IMG/VR virus record: IMGVR_UViG_3300020577_007160
Span: 96,001 to 160,000 of that record
Reading direction: 5' to 3' (one strand)
From: a virus
Lineage: Duplodnaviria; Caudoviricetes
Length of the DNA stretch: 64,000 bases
The position numbers were made by a program, and so were the translations under genes. Positions 1-10,543 of this stretch are shown here, in pieces (position 1 is the stretch's first letter; every line of letters starts with the position of its first letter). The notes beneath the pieces are model-generated. The model saw only the letters and a program-made list of their open reading frames with translations, was not told where the DNA came from and did not search any database.

Positions 1-440
1 AAATTAAAATTTTCTAGCCAGTCTTCCTCATCCCAGTCAGAAAATTCATTTTCACATTCGTTTTCAAAAAGAATAATAGAAGTAATATAATTAGTAATAT
101 TCTTTATATCCTTAAGTACTACTTCTTCCATTTCATCTTTTATTATTCTTTTTATGGAAGTCCCAGAATAACTATCTTGATAAGGTTTAATCTGATAATT
201 ATTAGACAATTTATTTCCATCGACAACAATACATACTGGATATATTGAAGCAATAGATTTCCATGCATTTTTATCTCTTGTAAAGGACACCCAACCATGA
301 TTAGGAGAAATTTTTAATGTATTATTATCTAGTATTTTAACTAAATTAGTTAAATAAGTATAATGATACAGAATACCAACCTGTTTGGATTCTTTAAATA
401 CTAAATTTTCTAATCTATTTATTCTTTGATTAATATCCAT
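1..440 (-). CDS. Leader-bearing ADP-ribosyltransferase-fold-like protein (partial, runs off window start; missing from ORF track)
   Basis: Manual translation from ATG at 440: MDINQRINRLENLVFKESKQVGILYHYT...WVSFTRD...DEMEEV..., open to position 1. LYHYT / SFTR / ExE spacing resembles ART strands. Confidence 0.6.
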   Translation of the reverse strand, partial: MDINQRINRLENLVFKESKQVGILYHYTYLTNLVKILDNNTLKISPNHGWVSFTRDKNAWKSIASIYPVCIVVDGNKLSNNYQIKPYQDSYSGTSIKRIIKDEMEEVVLKDIKNITNYITSIILFENECENEFSDWDEEDWLENFN

Positions 441-464
441 TTATTTATATAGATTTGTTGGATA

Positions 465-1772
465 CTAAGATCTATATGATGATGGATCGATTTTATTTTT
501 ATTTACACTGCAAACATTCAAAATATCTTCTAGTGTAAATACTTTTGAATATTTATAACAACGAAACCAGCCACCAACTTCCGTTGGGCATCTATTTAAA
601 GACTCTATATTATTAAGAGAACAATCAAAACTTCCTTTAAGTTTAGTTGGACAGCCAACTAAAGATGTTAAATTATTTGAGGAACAATTAAGACTTTTTA
701 AAACTTCTGGACAACCTTTTAAAGAGATTAATTTATTATGTGAACAATCAAAATTCCCTTCAACTTCCATGGGACATCCGTCCAAGGATTCCAAGTTATT
801 AAAAGAACAATTAAAATTACCAGCTTTTATTGGAGATCCTTCCAAAGATGTTAGATTGTTGCTAAAACAAGTAAATGTTCCCCCAACTTTCTCGGGACAT
901 CCATCCAAGGATGTTAGGCTGTTACTAGAACAATCAAAATCCCCAGTAACAGTTCCGAATTTGCCAAATCTAAGAATAGAGTTTATTCGTTGCCTAGACA
1001 TATCAACATCCCCATCAACATCTATTAGTCCATCTGAGTTGATTTTGTAAGAACCTTTAATTACCTTCTTTAATAACATTTTTCTTGTTAATAATTCTCT
1101 TACTTTAAATAATTCTTTTGGTAAACCAATTTCTGAAAATGGAATATTAGTATCCAAAGCATTATAACATTCTAATTTTTCATTATAATAAACAGCTACT
1201 GCTGTTTTGTATAAAGGATTTGAACTATCTAATTTCTTATTAAAAACAAAATAAAACGTTACTTTATTTCTTCTATATTGATGAAAGTAATTCTTACTAT
1301 CTGTAGCTGATATACACCACTTCGTGGTGTTACCATATTGAATTGCTGCTTTTTTATTTTTTATCAAAAGAACAAGATGTTTATCATTATTCAAAATTGT
1401 TTCTGTTCCTTTATTTTTAAGAAGTCTTTGTTCTTCTGACTTACTCATTTTATCAGAATTAGAACTTATATACTCATTGAATTCATTATAGGTTTTGAAC
1501 CTGTTGATATCTTTGATATCAAGTAGATTTTTTGAACTTAATCTATCAAATGATTCTATATTATTCTTAAGTTCTTCAAAATCAATAGAAGGATCTTGCA
1601 AATAAAACTTACAGATTTTTTCTATATATTTATACGTCTTCGACGTATCAATTGATACAAGTTCTTCAAATGTTTTAGAATCAATCTTATTTGAATATAA
1701 TTTTCTTGCATTCGCAAGAGATTCAAATAACTGGTTTTCAAGGATTTGGATTCTTTTGAGGAAGGGTTTCAT
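465..1772 (-). CDS. Leader + TKWC domain + LRR-like repeat protein, paralog 1 (6 repeats)
   Basis: KRIQILENQLFES leader, YGNTTKWCISA domain, ~21-aa GxFxCxxNxLxSLxGCP repeats. Confidence 0.8.
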   Translation of the reverse strand: MKPFLKRIQILENQLFESLANARKLYSNKIDSKTFEELVSIDTSKTYKYIEKICKFYLQDPSIDFEELKNNIESFDRLSSKNLLDIKDINRFKTYNEFNEYISSNSDKMSKSEEQRLLKNKGTETILNNDKHLVLLIKNKKAAIQYGNTTKWCISATDSKNYFHQYRRNKVTFYFVFNKKLDSSNPLYKTAVAVYYNEKLECYNALDTNIPFSEIGLPKELFKVRELLTRKMLLKKVIKGSYKINSDGLIDVDGDVDMSRQRINSILRFGKFGTVTGDFDCSSNSLTSLDGCPEKVGGTFTCFSNNLTSLEGSPIKAGNFNCSFNNLESLDGCPMEVEGNFDCSHNKLISLKGCPEVLKSLNCSSNNLTSLVGCPTKLKGSFDCSLNNIESLNRCPTEVGGWFRCYKYSKVFTLEDILNVCSVNKNKIDPSSYRS

Positions 1773-1780
1773 AATTAGTT

Positions 1781-3280
1781 TTATTTAAATTTAGGATTAA
1801 CTAAAACAGTTTTTGCAAACTTAGATCTTATATTAGATGTTGTCGCTACTTCCGTATTGATAGTTATTGTTGATCCAACATTCGTAAATATTTCATCGAT
1901 TTCGCATTCAAATAATATATCAGAATTTGGAGATATTACAGGATCAATAATTTCTATTGACAATATTCCAGGATAATTTATCAATAAGTCATAAATCTCA
2001 GAAAGTAAAACAGGTTCTCCAAAATCCCGAGTCCAATTTCCGTCTGAACCTAAATATAGGGGATCTAATAAATTATTGATTTGAGTATTAACATAAGTAT
2101 CAATATCCCCCTGATCATAATTTGGATCAGTATGAACTGTTAATTCTAATGTTACGGTAATATATTTTGGGTTAACTACTCCAACTTTATATCCTGCAAC
2201 AATAATATCATCAATAGCGGATTTAACATTATCTTTCAAAGGATTGCTAGGATTTCCCCCACCATCAGGGATCAATTGAACTATTGGATAATTTATGTGT
2301 GGTGTAACATTTGCCCTAGCAACTCCATCGTAACTCTCTGCGAATATTTGTATATCCTCGGTGCTAACAAGACGATTATTCATTCGAGGTAATCGAATCG
2401 CTAAAGACCTAATTCGTTCAATTGAATCCGGATTACGACCTCCAGTGGCATCCTTAGGATTAGTTAAAGAAGTAATCCTGCCATTGAGACTTGAAGGGAT
2501 AGTATACGTAGTAGTAATCTTTCCCGCTAGAACATTTCCCCTAGCACCACCACCATTGATATAGGATATTTTTATTACTTCTCCAAGTGTTGGAATTTTA
2601 CCATTGGTATCATCTCCAAAAATAAATTGATGAGTTTCTTCATCTAATTGGCGATATAAATAACGAGTTTCACTCGAACTCGCATTCAATAAACTATCAA
2701 TTTCTGTCCATTCTGTTGCATTGACAAATACCCTAATTGTATTATCAACTAATCTATCTCGAATAATTATTGAAGTAAATGCTGTTCCTTTAGAAGTTTC
2801 AAGACGTTCCTTATATTGACCTTCAATAAATAACTGATTATTAATTGCCGTCGTAGAAGCAGAAAATGTTATTGAAGAAGGATTCGTGAAATAAACCGTA
2901 TTCCCGTCATTCCCTGAAGCAGACAGAACAATAGAGTATGCTGCAGCCACAACAGGGCTTCCACTACTCGTAATAACAAAATTTATTAAAGTATGAGAAC
3001 TGACATAATTAGTAGGAATGTATTGCAATTGTAAGGCATGGTTGAGAATGTTTTCCCTTGTAAGTGCAGTAGCTATATTGAATTCCTGGGAAACATTATT
3101 AGCAAATCTTGCAAGACGTTCAATTGACAATAAGTAATAGTCTAATGTAAATCTTAAAATATCGTTAGCATTATCAATATCCCAGTCTACTAAATTAGAC
3201 TTAGAATTTTTTAATGTTTTAACTTCATTGAATAAAGTTACGTAATCCTGAGAAATTATGTCAGTGAGAATTAAACTCAT
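1781..3280 (-). CDS. Baseplate wedge protein (gpJ / T4 gp6-like)
   Basis: FGDDTNGKIP, YINGGGARGNV, ATGGRNPDSIERIR, RLVSTED motifs; baseplate context. Confidence 0.85.
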   Translation of the reverse strand: MSLILTDIISQDYVTLFNEVKTLKNSKSNLVDWDIDNANDILRFTLDYYLLSIERLARFANNVSQEFNIATALTRENILNHALQLQYIPTNYVSSHTLINFVITSSGSPVVAAAYSIVLSASGNDGNTVYFTNPSSITFSASTTAINNQLFIEGQYKERLETSKGTAFTSIIIRDRLVDNTIRVFVNATEWTEIDSLLNASSSETRYLYRQLDEETHQFIFGDDTNGKIPTLGEVIKISYINGGGARGNVLAGKITTTYTIPSSLNGRITSLTNPKDATGGRNPDSIERIRSLAIRLPRMNNRLVSTEDIQIFAESYDGVARANVTPHINYPIVQLIPDGGGNPSNPLKDNVKSAIDDIIVAGYKVGVVNPKYITVTLELTVHTDPNYDQGDIDTYVNTQINNLLDPLYLGSDGNWTRDFGEPVLLSEIYDLLINYPGILSIEIIDPVISPNSDILFECEIDEIFTNVGSTITINTEVATTSNIRSKFAKTVLVNPKFK

Positions 3281-3298
3281 ATTTTAAATAATATAAAA

Positions 3299-4342
3299 TT
3301 AAACATTTATTTCCCCCTTAACATCACAAACTTTTACTACATCTTTTACTGTAAATTTTTTCTTATTAAAGTAACAACTAAATTTTCCACCAACATATAT
3401 TGGTGCATATTTTAATGATGTTAGAACACAAAAGCCACAATTAAAATATCCGCCAATTTGTATTGGGCATCCTTCTAAGGATGTTAGATTGTTATGAGAA
3501 CAATCAAAATCTCCAGTAACGATTCCAAAATTTCCAATATCTAGAATAGAATTTAATTTTTTATTATTTAAATCAACATCCCCATCAACATCTATTAACC
3601 CTCGAAAATTTATTTTGTATGTTCCTTTAATGCAATTGACTAAATCCTCCTGTTCTGGTAATTCTTTCACTTTAAATAACTTTTCAGATAATCCTAATTT
3701 TGAAAGAATAGAATTTCTAATTTTTTTATCAATTGCATTATAACATTCTAATTTACCACTATAATTAACAGCTACTGCTATTTTATAATTTGGATTTGAA
3801 CTATCTAGTTCTTTATTAAAGATAAAATAAAAAGTAACTCTTTTTCCTCTATAAGACTTAAAATAATTTTTACTATCAGTAGCAGAAATGCACCATTTTG
3901 TGTTTGATCCATATTGAATAGCTGCCTGTTCGTCTTTGATCAAAAGAACAAGAACATTTTCATTATTCAATATCGTTTCTGTTCCTTTATTTTTAAGAAG
4001 TCTTTGTTCTTCTGACTTTGACATTTTATCAGAATTAGAGTCTAAATACTCTTTAAATGAAGAATAAATCTTAAATTGATTTATATCTTTGATATCAATT
4101 AGATTTTTTGAACTTAATCTATCAAATAATTCTATATCTGATTTCAATTCATCTAGATCTATATCTTCATTCTGAAGGTAGAATTTACATATCTTTTCAA
4201 TATATTTATAAGTTTTAGAAATATCTATTGATATAAGTTGTTCAAATATTGAAGGTTCAATCTTATTTGAATATAATTTTCTTGCATTCGCAAGAGATTC
4301 GAATAATTGATTTTCTAGTATTTTGATTCTTTTGAGGATCAT
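3299..4342 (-). CDS. Leader + TKWC domain + LRR-like repeat protein, paralog 2 (2 repeats)
   Basis: Close paralog of 465..1772. Confidence 0.8.
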   Translation of the reverse strand: MILKRIKILENQLFESLANARKLYSNKIEPSIFEQLISIDISKTYKYIEKICKFYLQNEDIDLDELKSDIELFDRLSSKNLIDIKDINQFKIYSSFKEYLDSNSDKMSKSEEQRLLKNKGTETILNNENVLVLLIKDEQAAIQYGSNTKWCISATDSKNYFKSYRGKRVTFYFIFNKELDSSNPNYKIAVAVNYSGKLECYNAIDKKIRNSILSKLGLSEKLFKVKELPEQEDLVNCIKGTYKINFRGLIDVDGDVDLNNKKLNSILDIGNFGIVTGDFDCSHNNLTSLEGCPIQIGGYFNCGFCVLTSLKYAPIYVGGKFSCYFNKKKFTVKDVVKVCDVKGEINV

Positions 4343-4390
4343 TTTATTTGTTAAATTTTATATTAAATTTGATTTTATATATAATATAAT

Positions 4391-4843
4391 TTAAAGTCCA
4401 AAAGAGTCTTTAAAAATTGAGTAACCGAAATTTAATAGTTCTTTATAGGATGTAATATTATGATCCTGAAGAATTACTTTTTTTATATCCTGATCTGGTA
4501 CTACTTTATAATAAGAAATTAAAGTAGAAACTTCTACAGAATTCTCTGCTAAAATATGAGGTAATTTTGATTGAAAATCTATAGCGTAATCAGTTGTAGC
4601 TAGATTTAATTTTTGATCTTCTTTTGGTTCTACGTAGAACCTAACTATCAGATTGTCTGTTGTTTTATTGAATTTAATTTCTACTACAGAATTAATAATT
4701 ATTCCAAATATTGTTTCATATTCATCTTTATAATCAACTGGTGTTTTGCCTCGAAGAATAGTTTTGATCTCTTCGTAGATAGAAGATATTGGTGTCTTGT
4801 AAACTTCTGTTGTTGCTTCTTCCTCTTCTTTTAATCTTTTCAT
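4391..4843 (-). CDS. Hypothetical protein in baseplate cluster
   Basis: 150-aa ORF tightly packed in operon. Confidence 0.6.
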   Translation of the reverse strand: MKRLKEEEEATTEVYKTPISSIYEEIKTILRGKTPVDYKDEYETIFGIIINSVVEIKFNKTTDNLIVRFYVEPKEDQKLNLATTDYAIDFQSKLPHILAENSVEVSTLISYYKVVPDQDIKKVILQDHNITSYKELLNFGYSIFKDSFGL

Positions 4844-4845
4844 TT

Positions 4846-5679
4846 TTAACTCTGCGGTTTATTCGACACAAAATTCTGTCCTGGAACTACTCCTGCCGCA
4901 AGACTAGCCACGTTCGATGGAAACAAAGGTGCAGGAGCACCTAAGTTCCCAACAGCAAGGTTTGGAGCAGCATTCTTCAGCCAATCTACGAAAGGTTTCA
5001 GAGAAACATAATCACCATCAATCTGAGTACCAGAACTCATCATATTTAATATATGACCAAATTTATCTTGTAATGAAATCCCCGATGAATCTAAAACAAT
5101 AGCATTTCCAAATTTATCCTCTATTCGTATTCCTTCAGAAGAAGTTTGAATAAAATTAACAAAAGTATCCGTTATTTTGATACCATTGTTATCCATGAAA
5201 ACTTCGTTGTTATTTTTCCCGTCTTTTATTTTAATAAACTCTTCGTCTTTTTTACGGTTAATTTCAAAAGTTGTTTTGTCAGTAAGATAAATAATCCTAA
5301 AATACTCTTCATCTTTAAAATTATTTAATAGAAAATTCCAATTTTCATCAAAGTACATCATTTTAAGATCTGGATAAAAGGTATCGAAGTCCGTAGATAC
5401 CTTGGATAAATACGTGAATCCAGACCATGCCATATTGTTGAAATCATTGTTCAAAGGTTCTACAATAACTCCGATAAAATTAGAGAATTTCTGAACAAAG
5501 GTTTTTGATGGCACAATAAATTGACCAAATTGAAAAATTGGTTTAACATAACTTATATTTGATTGAAACTTTACTGGTATGTATCCCCTCTTATTAACAT
5601 CATCTACCCAGTATTCTATTGGGGCAAATTCAGCAATATATCGAGTATAAGATTTATTTTTACCAGGTTCTTCAAACAT
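4846..5679 (-). CDS. Putative baseplate spike (gpV/gp5-like beta-helix)
   Basis: Repeated I-x-D-K-F-G-N-x-I beta-repeats (IKITDTFVN, IRIEDKFGN, ISLQDKFGH); follows hub gene; start at MFEE chosen to limit overlap. Confidence 0.55.
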   Translation of the reverse strand: MFEEPGKNKSYTRYIAEFAPIEYWVDDVNKRGYIPVKFQSNISYVKPIFQFGQFIVPSKTFVQKFSNFIGVIVEPLNNDFNNMAWSGFTYLSKVSTDFDTFYPDLKMMYFDENWNFLLNNFKDEEYFRIIYLTDKTTFEINRKKDEEFIKIKDGKNNNEVFMDNNGIKITDTFVNFIQTSSEGIRIEDKFGNAIVLDSSGISLQDKFGHILNMMSSGTQIDGDYVSLKPFVDWLKNAAPNLAVGNLGAPAPLFPSNVASLAAGVVPGQNFVSNKPQS

Positions 5680-6826
5680 AAATTTCACCTTTGACATCAC
5701 AAATTTCTACTACATCCTCTGCTGTAAATTTTTTCTTGTTAGAATAACAATTAAAATTCCCTTTAACTTCCATAGGACATCCTTTTAAGGATGTTAATTT
5801 ATTATTAAAACAATTAAAATTTCCATTAATTTTTGTTGGGCAACCTTCTAAAGATTCTAGATTGTTATAAGTACAAATAAAACTTCCCCCAACTTCCTTT
5901 GGACATCCATCTAAGGATGTTAGTTTATTATCAAAACAACTAAATTTTCCTCCAACTTTTATTGGGCATCCTTTTAAGGATGCCAAATTGTTACCAACAC
6001 AAATAAAATCTCCAGTAACAATTCCGAATCTGCCTATATCAAGAATAGATTTTATATTTGAAATATCTACATCTCCGTCAACATCTATTAATCCTTGAGA
6101 ATTGATTTTATATGTTCCAATAATACAATTTTCTAATTTTTCTTCTTTTGATAATCCTTTTACTACAAATAACTTTTTAGGTAATCCTAATTTTGAAAAT
6201 GAAACCTTTTTATCGACAGCATTATAACATTCTAGTTTTCCCCATTTATAAACAGTAACTGCTATTTTGTATAATGGATTTGAACTATCTAAATCTTTAT
6301 TAAAGACAAAATAAAATGTTACAGATTCTTTTCTATATTTTTTAAAATAGTTTTCACTATCAGTAGCAGAAATGCACCATTTCGTATTTGAACCATACTG
6401 AATAGATGCTTGTTCATCTTTTATTAAAAGTACAAGATATTTATCATTATTCAATACTACTTCTGAACCTTTATTTTTCAATAATTTGACTTCTTCTGAT
6501 TTTGACATTTTGTCAGAATTAGAACTTATATACTCATTGAATTCATCATAAGTTTTAAATCTATTGATATCCTTGATATCAATCAAATTCTTTGAACTTA
6601 ATCTATCAAACAATTTTATATTATTCTTGAGTCCTTTAAGATCTATATCTTCATTCTGAAGGTAAAATTTACATATCTTTTCAATATATTTATAAGTTTT
6701 AGAAGTATCAATTGATATTAGTTCATCAAATACTTCAGGATCAATTTTATTTGAGTATAATTTTCTTGCATTCGCAAGAGACTCGAATAATTGGTTTTCT
6801 AGGATTTGGATTCTTTTGAGTATCAT
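5672..6826 (-). CDS. Leader + TKWC domain + LRR-like repeat protein, paralog 3 (4 repeats)
   Basis: Start MILKRIQILENQLFES at 6826 (TAAAATG context) matches paralogs. Confidence 0.8.
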   Translation of the reverse strand: MILKRIQILENQLFESLANARKLYSNKIDPEVFDELISIDTSKTYKYIEKICKFYLQNEDIDLKGLKNNIKLFDRLSSKNLIDIKDINRFKTYDEFNEYISSNSDKMSKSEEVKLLKNKGSEVVLNNDKYLVLLIKDEQASIQYGSNTKWCISATDSENYFKKYRKESVTFYFVFNKDLDSSNPLYKIAVTVYKWGKLECYNAVDKKVSFSKLGLPKKLFVVKGLSKEEKLENCIIGTYKINSQGLIDVDGDVDISNIKSILDIGRFGIVTGDFICVGNNLASLKGCPIKVGGKFSCFDNKLTSLDGCPKEVGGSFICTYNNLESLEGCPTKINGNFNCFNNKLTSLKGCPMEVKGNFNCYSNKKKFTAEDVVEICDVKGEIYV

Positions 6827-6827
6827 T

Positions 6828-8648
6828 TTACATTCCAAAATTATAAGAAGTTTTCCAACTACCGTTTTCTATTGTGTGAGTTAAAGATTTCAATCGTAAT
6901 CCTGTTAGTTTAGGCTTACGAGTTCCCATGTCCTTTCCGGATGGAGTCTTTATGGTATCAATTTGTGTTGATGAATTTCCAGTATTATTTTGCTTATTCT
7001 TTGCTTCCTGTAATGCCTTCTGTTTTTCAGCTTCATTTTCTTTTGCTATTTGTTCTTCCCTTTTATTGATATCCTGAAGAGATTCTGAATTGACACCAAT
7101 AGAATAATATTTTCCCAATCCGAGGATTGGATAAACCATATTGATCTGCGCAAAAGGATTACCTAACGTTTGGAAACTAGCCTCTATGCCGTGAAACTGA
7201 TAAACCTTGTAGGTATTTCCACCTTCAGGGTATTTCGGTGCTCCAGTGTTAGCGATGAAAAATTGCTTCACAGTTTCAAAATTAAAATTATTTCCTTTTA
7301 TTAATTGATTGAAAGTTGCTTCTGCTTCTGGAGTATCGAGTTTCCTCATATCTAATTCGTATAAAATTGGATCTCCGTTTTCATCGATATCCGTCAATAC
7401 CATTTTTGTTCCGACTTTAGTTCCCTTTGCGATTGTTTTAGTTGGGTCACTAGGATCAACAGTATCAGTTTCCGTAATTATATCCTGTTCTTCCATCACT
7501 GCTGATGCCTGCCAATTACCTGAAATAGTAATTGATGGTTCATCCAGCATAACAAAGTTCTTCGTTATCAAAGGATTGTACGGAATTTTTATCCCATTGT
7601 TCATTCTATTGAAATAGAATTGAACTCGCAAGGAAGTAATGTCCCCATTGGAATTGCTTTTATTTTCTATTACTGCTCTAGTCTCTACATCACCGACTTT
7701 TTTAGGTATTATCTTTCCTGATTTATCAGTAGTTGTTTCATCTTTTTTAACTGTTCTTGCTTCAAAAACCAGAGAAGATCCTGTTTTAGATAAAATGTCT
7801 TTCAACAATAACCAATCTGTTATTGGTTCTGCTTTTATAGATGGTAATACTCTATCTGTGCCAAGTTTAGTTTTTACTTCTTCTATTCTATTGTCTAAAC
7901 AAAAATATATTTCAGGGATTGTACCTCGATATTCTACTGGATATTTATAGCTACCCAATATTTCTCTTAATATATCTTTATTTGATAAGTAGGGTTCAGG
8001 ATCATCCGCTGCTTTTGTAGCCCAAGATCGGTCAAATGTTTTAGAATATTCTGGATTAGTTTTTGCAGCAAGATTTGTTATTTCAACTTCGGTTGAACTT
8101 TTAGCAACTCCAAGACTTGGATATGCAAAAGTTCTGACCGTTCGAGTCATTTCAAATCCAGAACATTGAAATACGTACTCAGCATTTGGATAAGCATTCT
8201 TTGGGAATGATGGTTTCATTTCCTTCAGAAATCCCCGATATTCTTTTACTCCAACATCTGGGAAATCATTAAGATACCGTAAGGAAAATATGCCTTTTAT
8301 ACGAGTACAAATCCCAGGATATAACCATGGGAATTCAATGTCCCCATTTGAGGTTGGTACTCCAGGATCAATGATCTTAAATGATACTTCTGTTATTCCG
8401 TTTTCACTTTCTGTAACAGAAATGCCCCCCATTATCCAGGGCTTATTTATAGAATTTTTAGAACCATCCTCTAAAAAAGAATATTCTTCCCCATAATAAT
8501 CTTTTTTTATTTCAATGTATTCATCCTGAGCATAAACTCCACGATACAAGGTTTCTGTATCAACTTTGATTATTAAAAGTTTAACAGAAAAATCTGCTTC
8601 ATATCCATGAAATAATTCAGTATTTGAATATTCGTCAAAAGTATTCAT
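6828..8648 (-). CDS. Putative baseplate hub (gpD/gp27-like)
   Basis: Size, position between LysM-like and spike genes, TDWLLL..I and C-terminal HTIENGSWKTSY. Confidence 0.5.
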   Translation of the reverse strand: MNTFDEYSNTELFHGYEADFSVKLLIIKVDTETLYRGVYAQDEYIEIKKDYYGEEYSFLEDGSKNSINKPWIMGGISVTESENGITEVSFKIIDPGVPTSNGDIEFPWLYPGICTRIKGIFSLRYLNDFPDVGVKEYRGFLKEMKPSFPKNAYPNAEYVFQCSGFEMTRTVRTFAYPSLGVAKSSTEVEITNLAAKTNPEYSKTFDRSWATKAADDPEPYLSNKDILREILGSYKYPVEYRGTIPEIYFCLDNRIEEVKTKLGTDRVLPSIKAEPITDWLLLKDILSKTGSSLVFEARTVKKDETTTDKSGKIIPKKVGDVETRAVIENKSNSNGDITSLRVQFYFNRMNNGIKIPYNPLITKNFVMLDEPSITISGNWQASAVMEEQDIITETDTVDPSDPTKTIAKGTKVGTKMVLTDIDENGDPILYELDMRKLDTPEAEATFNQLIKGNNFNFETVKQFFIANTGAPKYPEGGNTYKVYQFHGIEASFQTLGNPFAQINMVYPILGLGKYYSIGVNSESLQDINKREEQIAKENEAEKQKALQEAKNKQNNTGNSSTQIDTIKTPSGKDMGTRKPKLTGLRLKSLTHTIENGSWKTSYNFGM

Positions 8649-8924
8649 TTAATTTCTAATGTATACTTTATGATCTGGAACAAGATCCTCAGATTCTATG
8701 AACCATGGAATCGAATTATTATCTGAATCATCAATGAGTAAGAATGGTTTCAAATATGAAGGTCTTAACGGGGTATTTACTCTTTTAAGAATAAAAGATA
8801 AATCTTTTATTTCTTTAATATACTGAAGAGATTTTAACCAAGAAAACCAATTTTTGAAAAAAATTTTTACTTTCAGATAAAATCTAAAAATAGAAATTAA
8901 AGCAATGATTGTAAAGTTATTCAT
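8649..8924 (-). CDS. Hypothetical protein
   Basis: 91-aa ORF in operon. Confidence 0.45.
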   Translation of the reverse strand: MNNFTIIALISIFRFYLKVKIFFKNWFSWLKSLQYIKEIKDLSFILKRVNTPLRPSYLKPFLLIDDSDNNSIPWFIESEDLVPDHKVYIRN

Positions 8925-8943
8925 AAAATCCTTTAAAATAAAT

Positions 8944-9252
8944 TCATATTACCTGCATCCCACGATCATACGTCATTACTTTTGAATTAAGATTCGTTGA
9001 ACTTATCAAAGGTATTTTTATTTTCATTCCTTCTTCTAATTCGTCAGGAAATAGATTAGGATTACTATCATAAATCTTATACCATAATAAACGTTTTCCA
9101 TAGAATTTCATTGCAAGAAATTCAAATACAAAACCTTCAAAGGTATGAATGTCATCATAATTTAAAATGTATTCAATATAATTGACAGTTGTATCTCGTT
9201 TTTCATAAGATTGAACAACTGAATCCTCAATATTTAAAATTGAATATTTCAT
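8944..9252 (-). CDS. LysM/tail-X (gp53-like) baseplate protein
   Basis: LAMKFYG..LWYKIYDSNP...L..G..IKIP pattern. Confidence 0.7.
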   Translation of the reverse strand: MKYSILNIEDSVVQSYEKRDTTVNYIEYILNYDDIHTFEGFVFEFLAMKFYGKRLLWYKIYDSNPNLFPDELEEGMKIKIPLISSTNLNSKVMTYDRGMQVI

Positions 9253-9258
9253 TTTAAA

Positions 9259-10101
9259 TTAAAGCCCTAAGTCCATTGGCATTTCTAAAATTGAATTCGA
9301 TGAAATGCCGAGATTACTCGATGCAATATCGAATGCAAATCCAGCTGCGGATTCTAATATATTTTCCTTTACTTCCAAGTCGGAAATTGAAGATTCTAAT
9401 TTAGCCCAACGGATTCTTTGATTATCCATTTGTTCCGCGAATTGTCCATCTTCAATGACTGCGAAGTTTATTTGAGTCTCAAGATATCGTGGTGTAAGAA
9501 ACCTATTGAAATTCTTTTCAGTTACGTCGAATCCTTTTAATTTTCCTCGAAACCATCGTCTTCCGAGAATCAAATAAACATCTGGAGGTGCGAATGTACC
9601 TTGTCGTTTTTCTTGAGATTCCTGAGATATTTCTGAAGTAACAGAACTCAATAAATTTGTTGCACTGGATTCCAGGGAAGACGTCAAAGTTCCGAGGGAA
9701 ATACCCTCACCTGACGTGAATGGTGCAAGAGTATTTTTAATGAAATTTCCAGCTTCAAATACTTTTTGAAAAGGTCTAGAATTAGATGGCAATGTCAAAG
9801 TCTCAAGAATTGCCTCAATACCAAGAACTCCTAAAGACCTTCGAACTACGGAAGGACTAAGGAGTTCTGTTGCAGAAGTCTCAAACTGTAAGGTAAAATT
9901 TAATTCCTTTTGATTATTTCCACTCCAAGTTAATATTTGAGTAGGATATAATGGTGCATCCAAGGTCTCATAATTAACATCTTTTTTAACAGAAATTTCA
10001 ATAGGGTTAAATTGAAATTTCAGAGTTAATCCAATATCTGGAGCATGAAACATCCCCTTGAGAACTGAATTCCGAAGTTTTGATATTTCTTCTCCAAACA
10101 T
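9259..10101 (-). CDS. Tail tube initiator (CIS tube-like) protein
   Basis: FQFNPIEISVKK, LNFTLQF, PPDVYLILG, F...LTPR motifs; downstream of tape measure. Confidence 0.7.
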   Translation of the reverse strand: MFGEEISKLRNSVLKGMFHAPDIGLTLKFQFNPIEISVKKDVNYETLDAPLYPTQILTWSGNNQKELNFTLQFETSATELLSPSVVRRSLGVLGIEAILETLTLPSNSRPFQKVFEAGNFIKNTLAPFTSGEGISLGTLTSSLESSATNLLSSVTSEISQESQEKRQGTFAPPDVYLILGRRWFRGKLKGFDVTEKNFNRFLTPRYLETQINFAVIEDGQFAEQMDNQRIRWAKLESSISDLEVKENILESAAGFAFDIASSNLGISSNSILEMPMDLGL

Positions 10102-10107
10102 AAATTA

Positions 10108-10525
10108 TTAAAGTTTAAAAATTCTAGGATTAGTTACTCCAGTTATAATTTTGAATTCTTTAAGGGCTAATTCAAAAGTTTGATAATCTTCTATTAATGG
10201 CTTATTTCTTATCTTTTTTCCACTTGGAAGAGTAGTGAATCCTTTAACAGATTCTATGTGAAGAAACCATGTATCATCATTTTTATAAACTGAAGCTACT
10301 AACTCATCTCTATTAGAGACTGCAGTATAAATTACTCCGTATTCCATATCAGGATCGTGGTCTGCTTGTAAAAGATCCATTTTAGTTCCACAAATCCAAT
10401 TCAAACTAAATAAATTAAATCCACTTATTTCATTTAATCTTTTTCTTGGATTACTTTCTACAATATTTTCTAGAATTTCAAGTCTCTCAGAGAGAGAGTT
10501 TTGAACCTGTTCGTGTGTTACGCAT
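10108..10525 (-). CDS. Leader-bearing hypothetical protein, frameshifted at (CT)5-GA
   Basis: ATG 10525 gives MRNTRTGSKLSL* (TGA 10487-10489); shifted frame continues SERLEILENIVESNPRKRLNEIS... into ORF 10108..10404. Confidence 0.6.
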
Positions 10526-10543
10526 TTTATTCTCCTGTTGTGT

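Noticed and set aside
442-449. T4 late promoter TATAAATA
   Set aside because: Single match abutting a start codon in very AT-rich DNA; not seen systematically before late genes.
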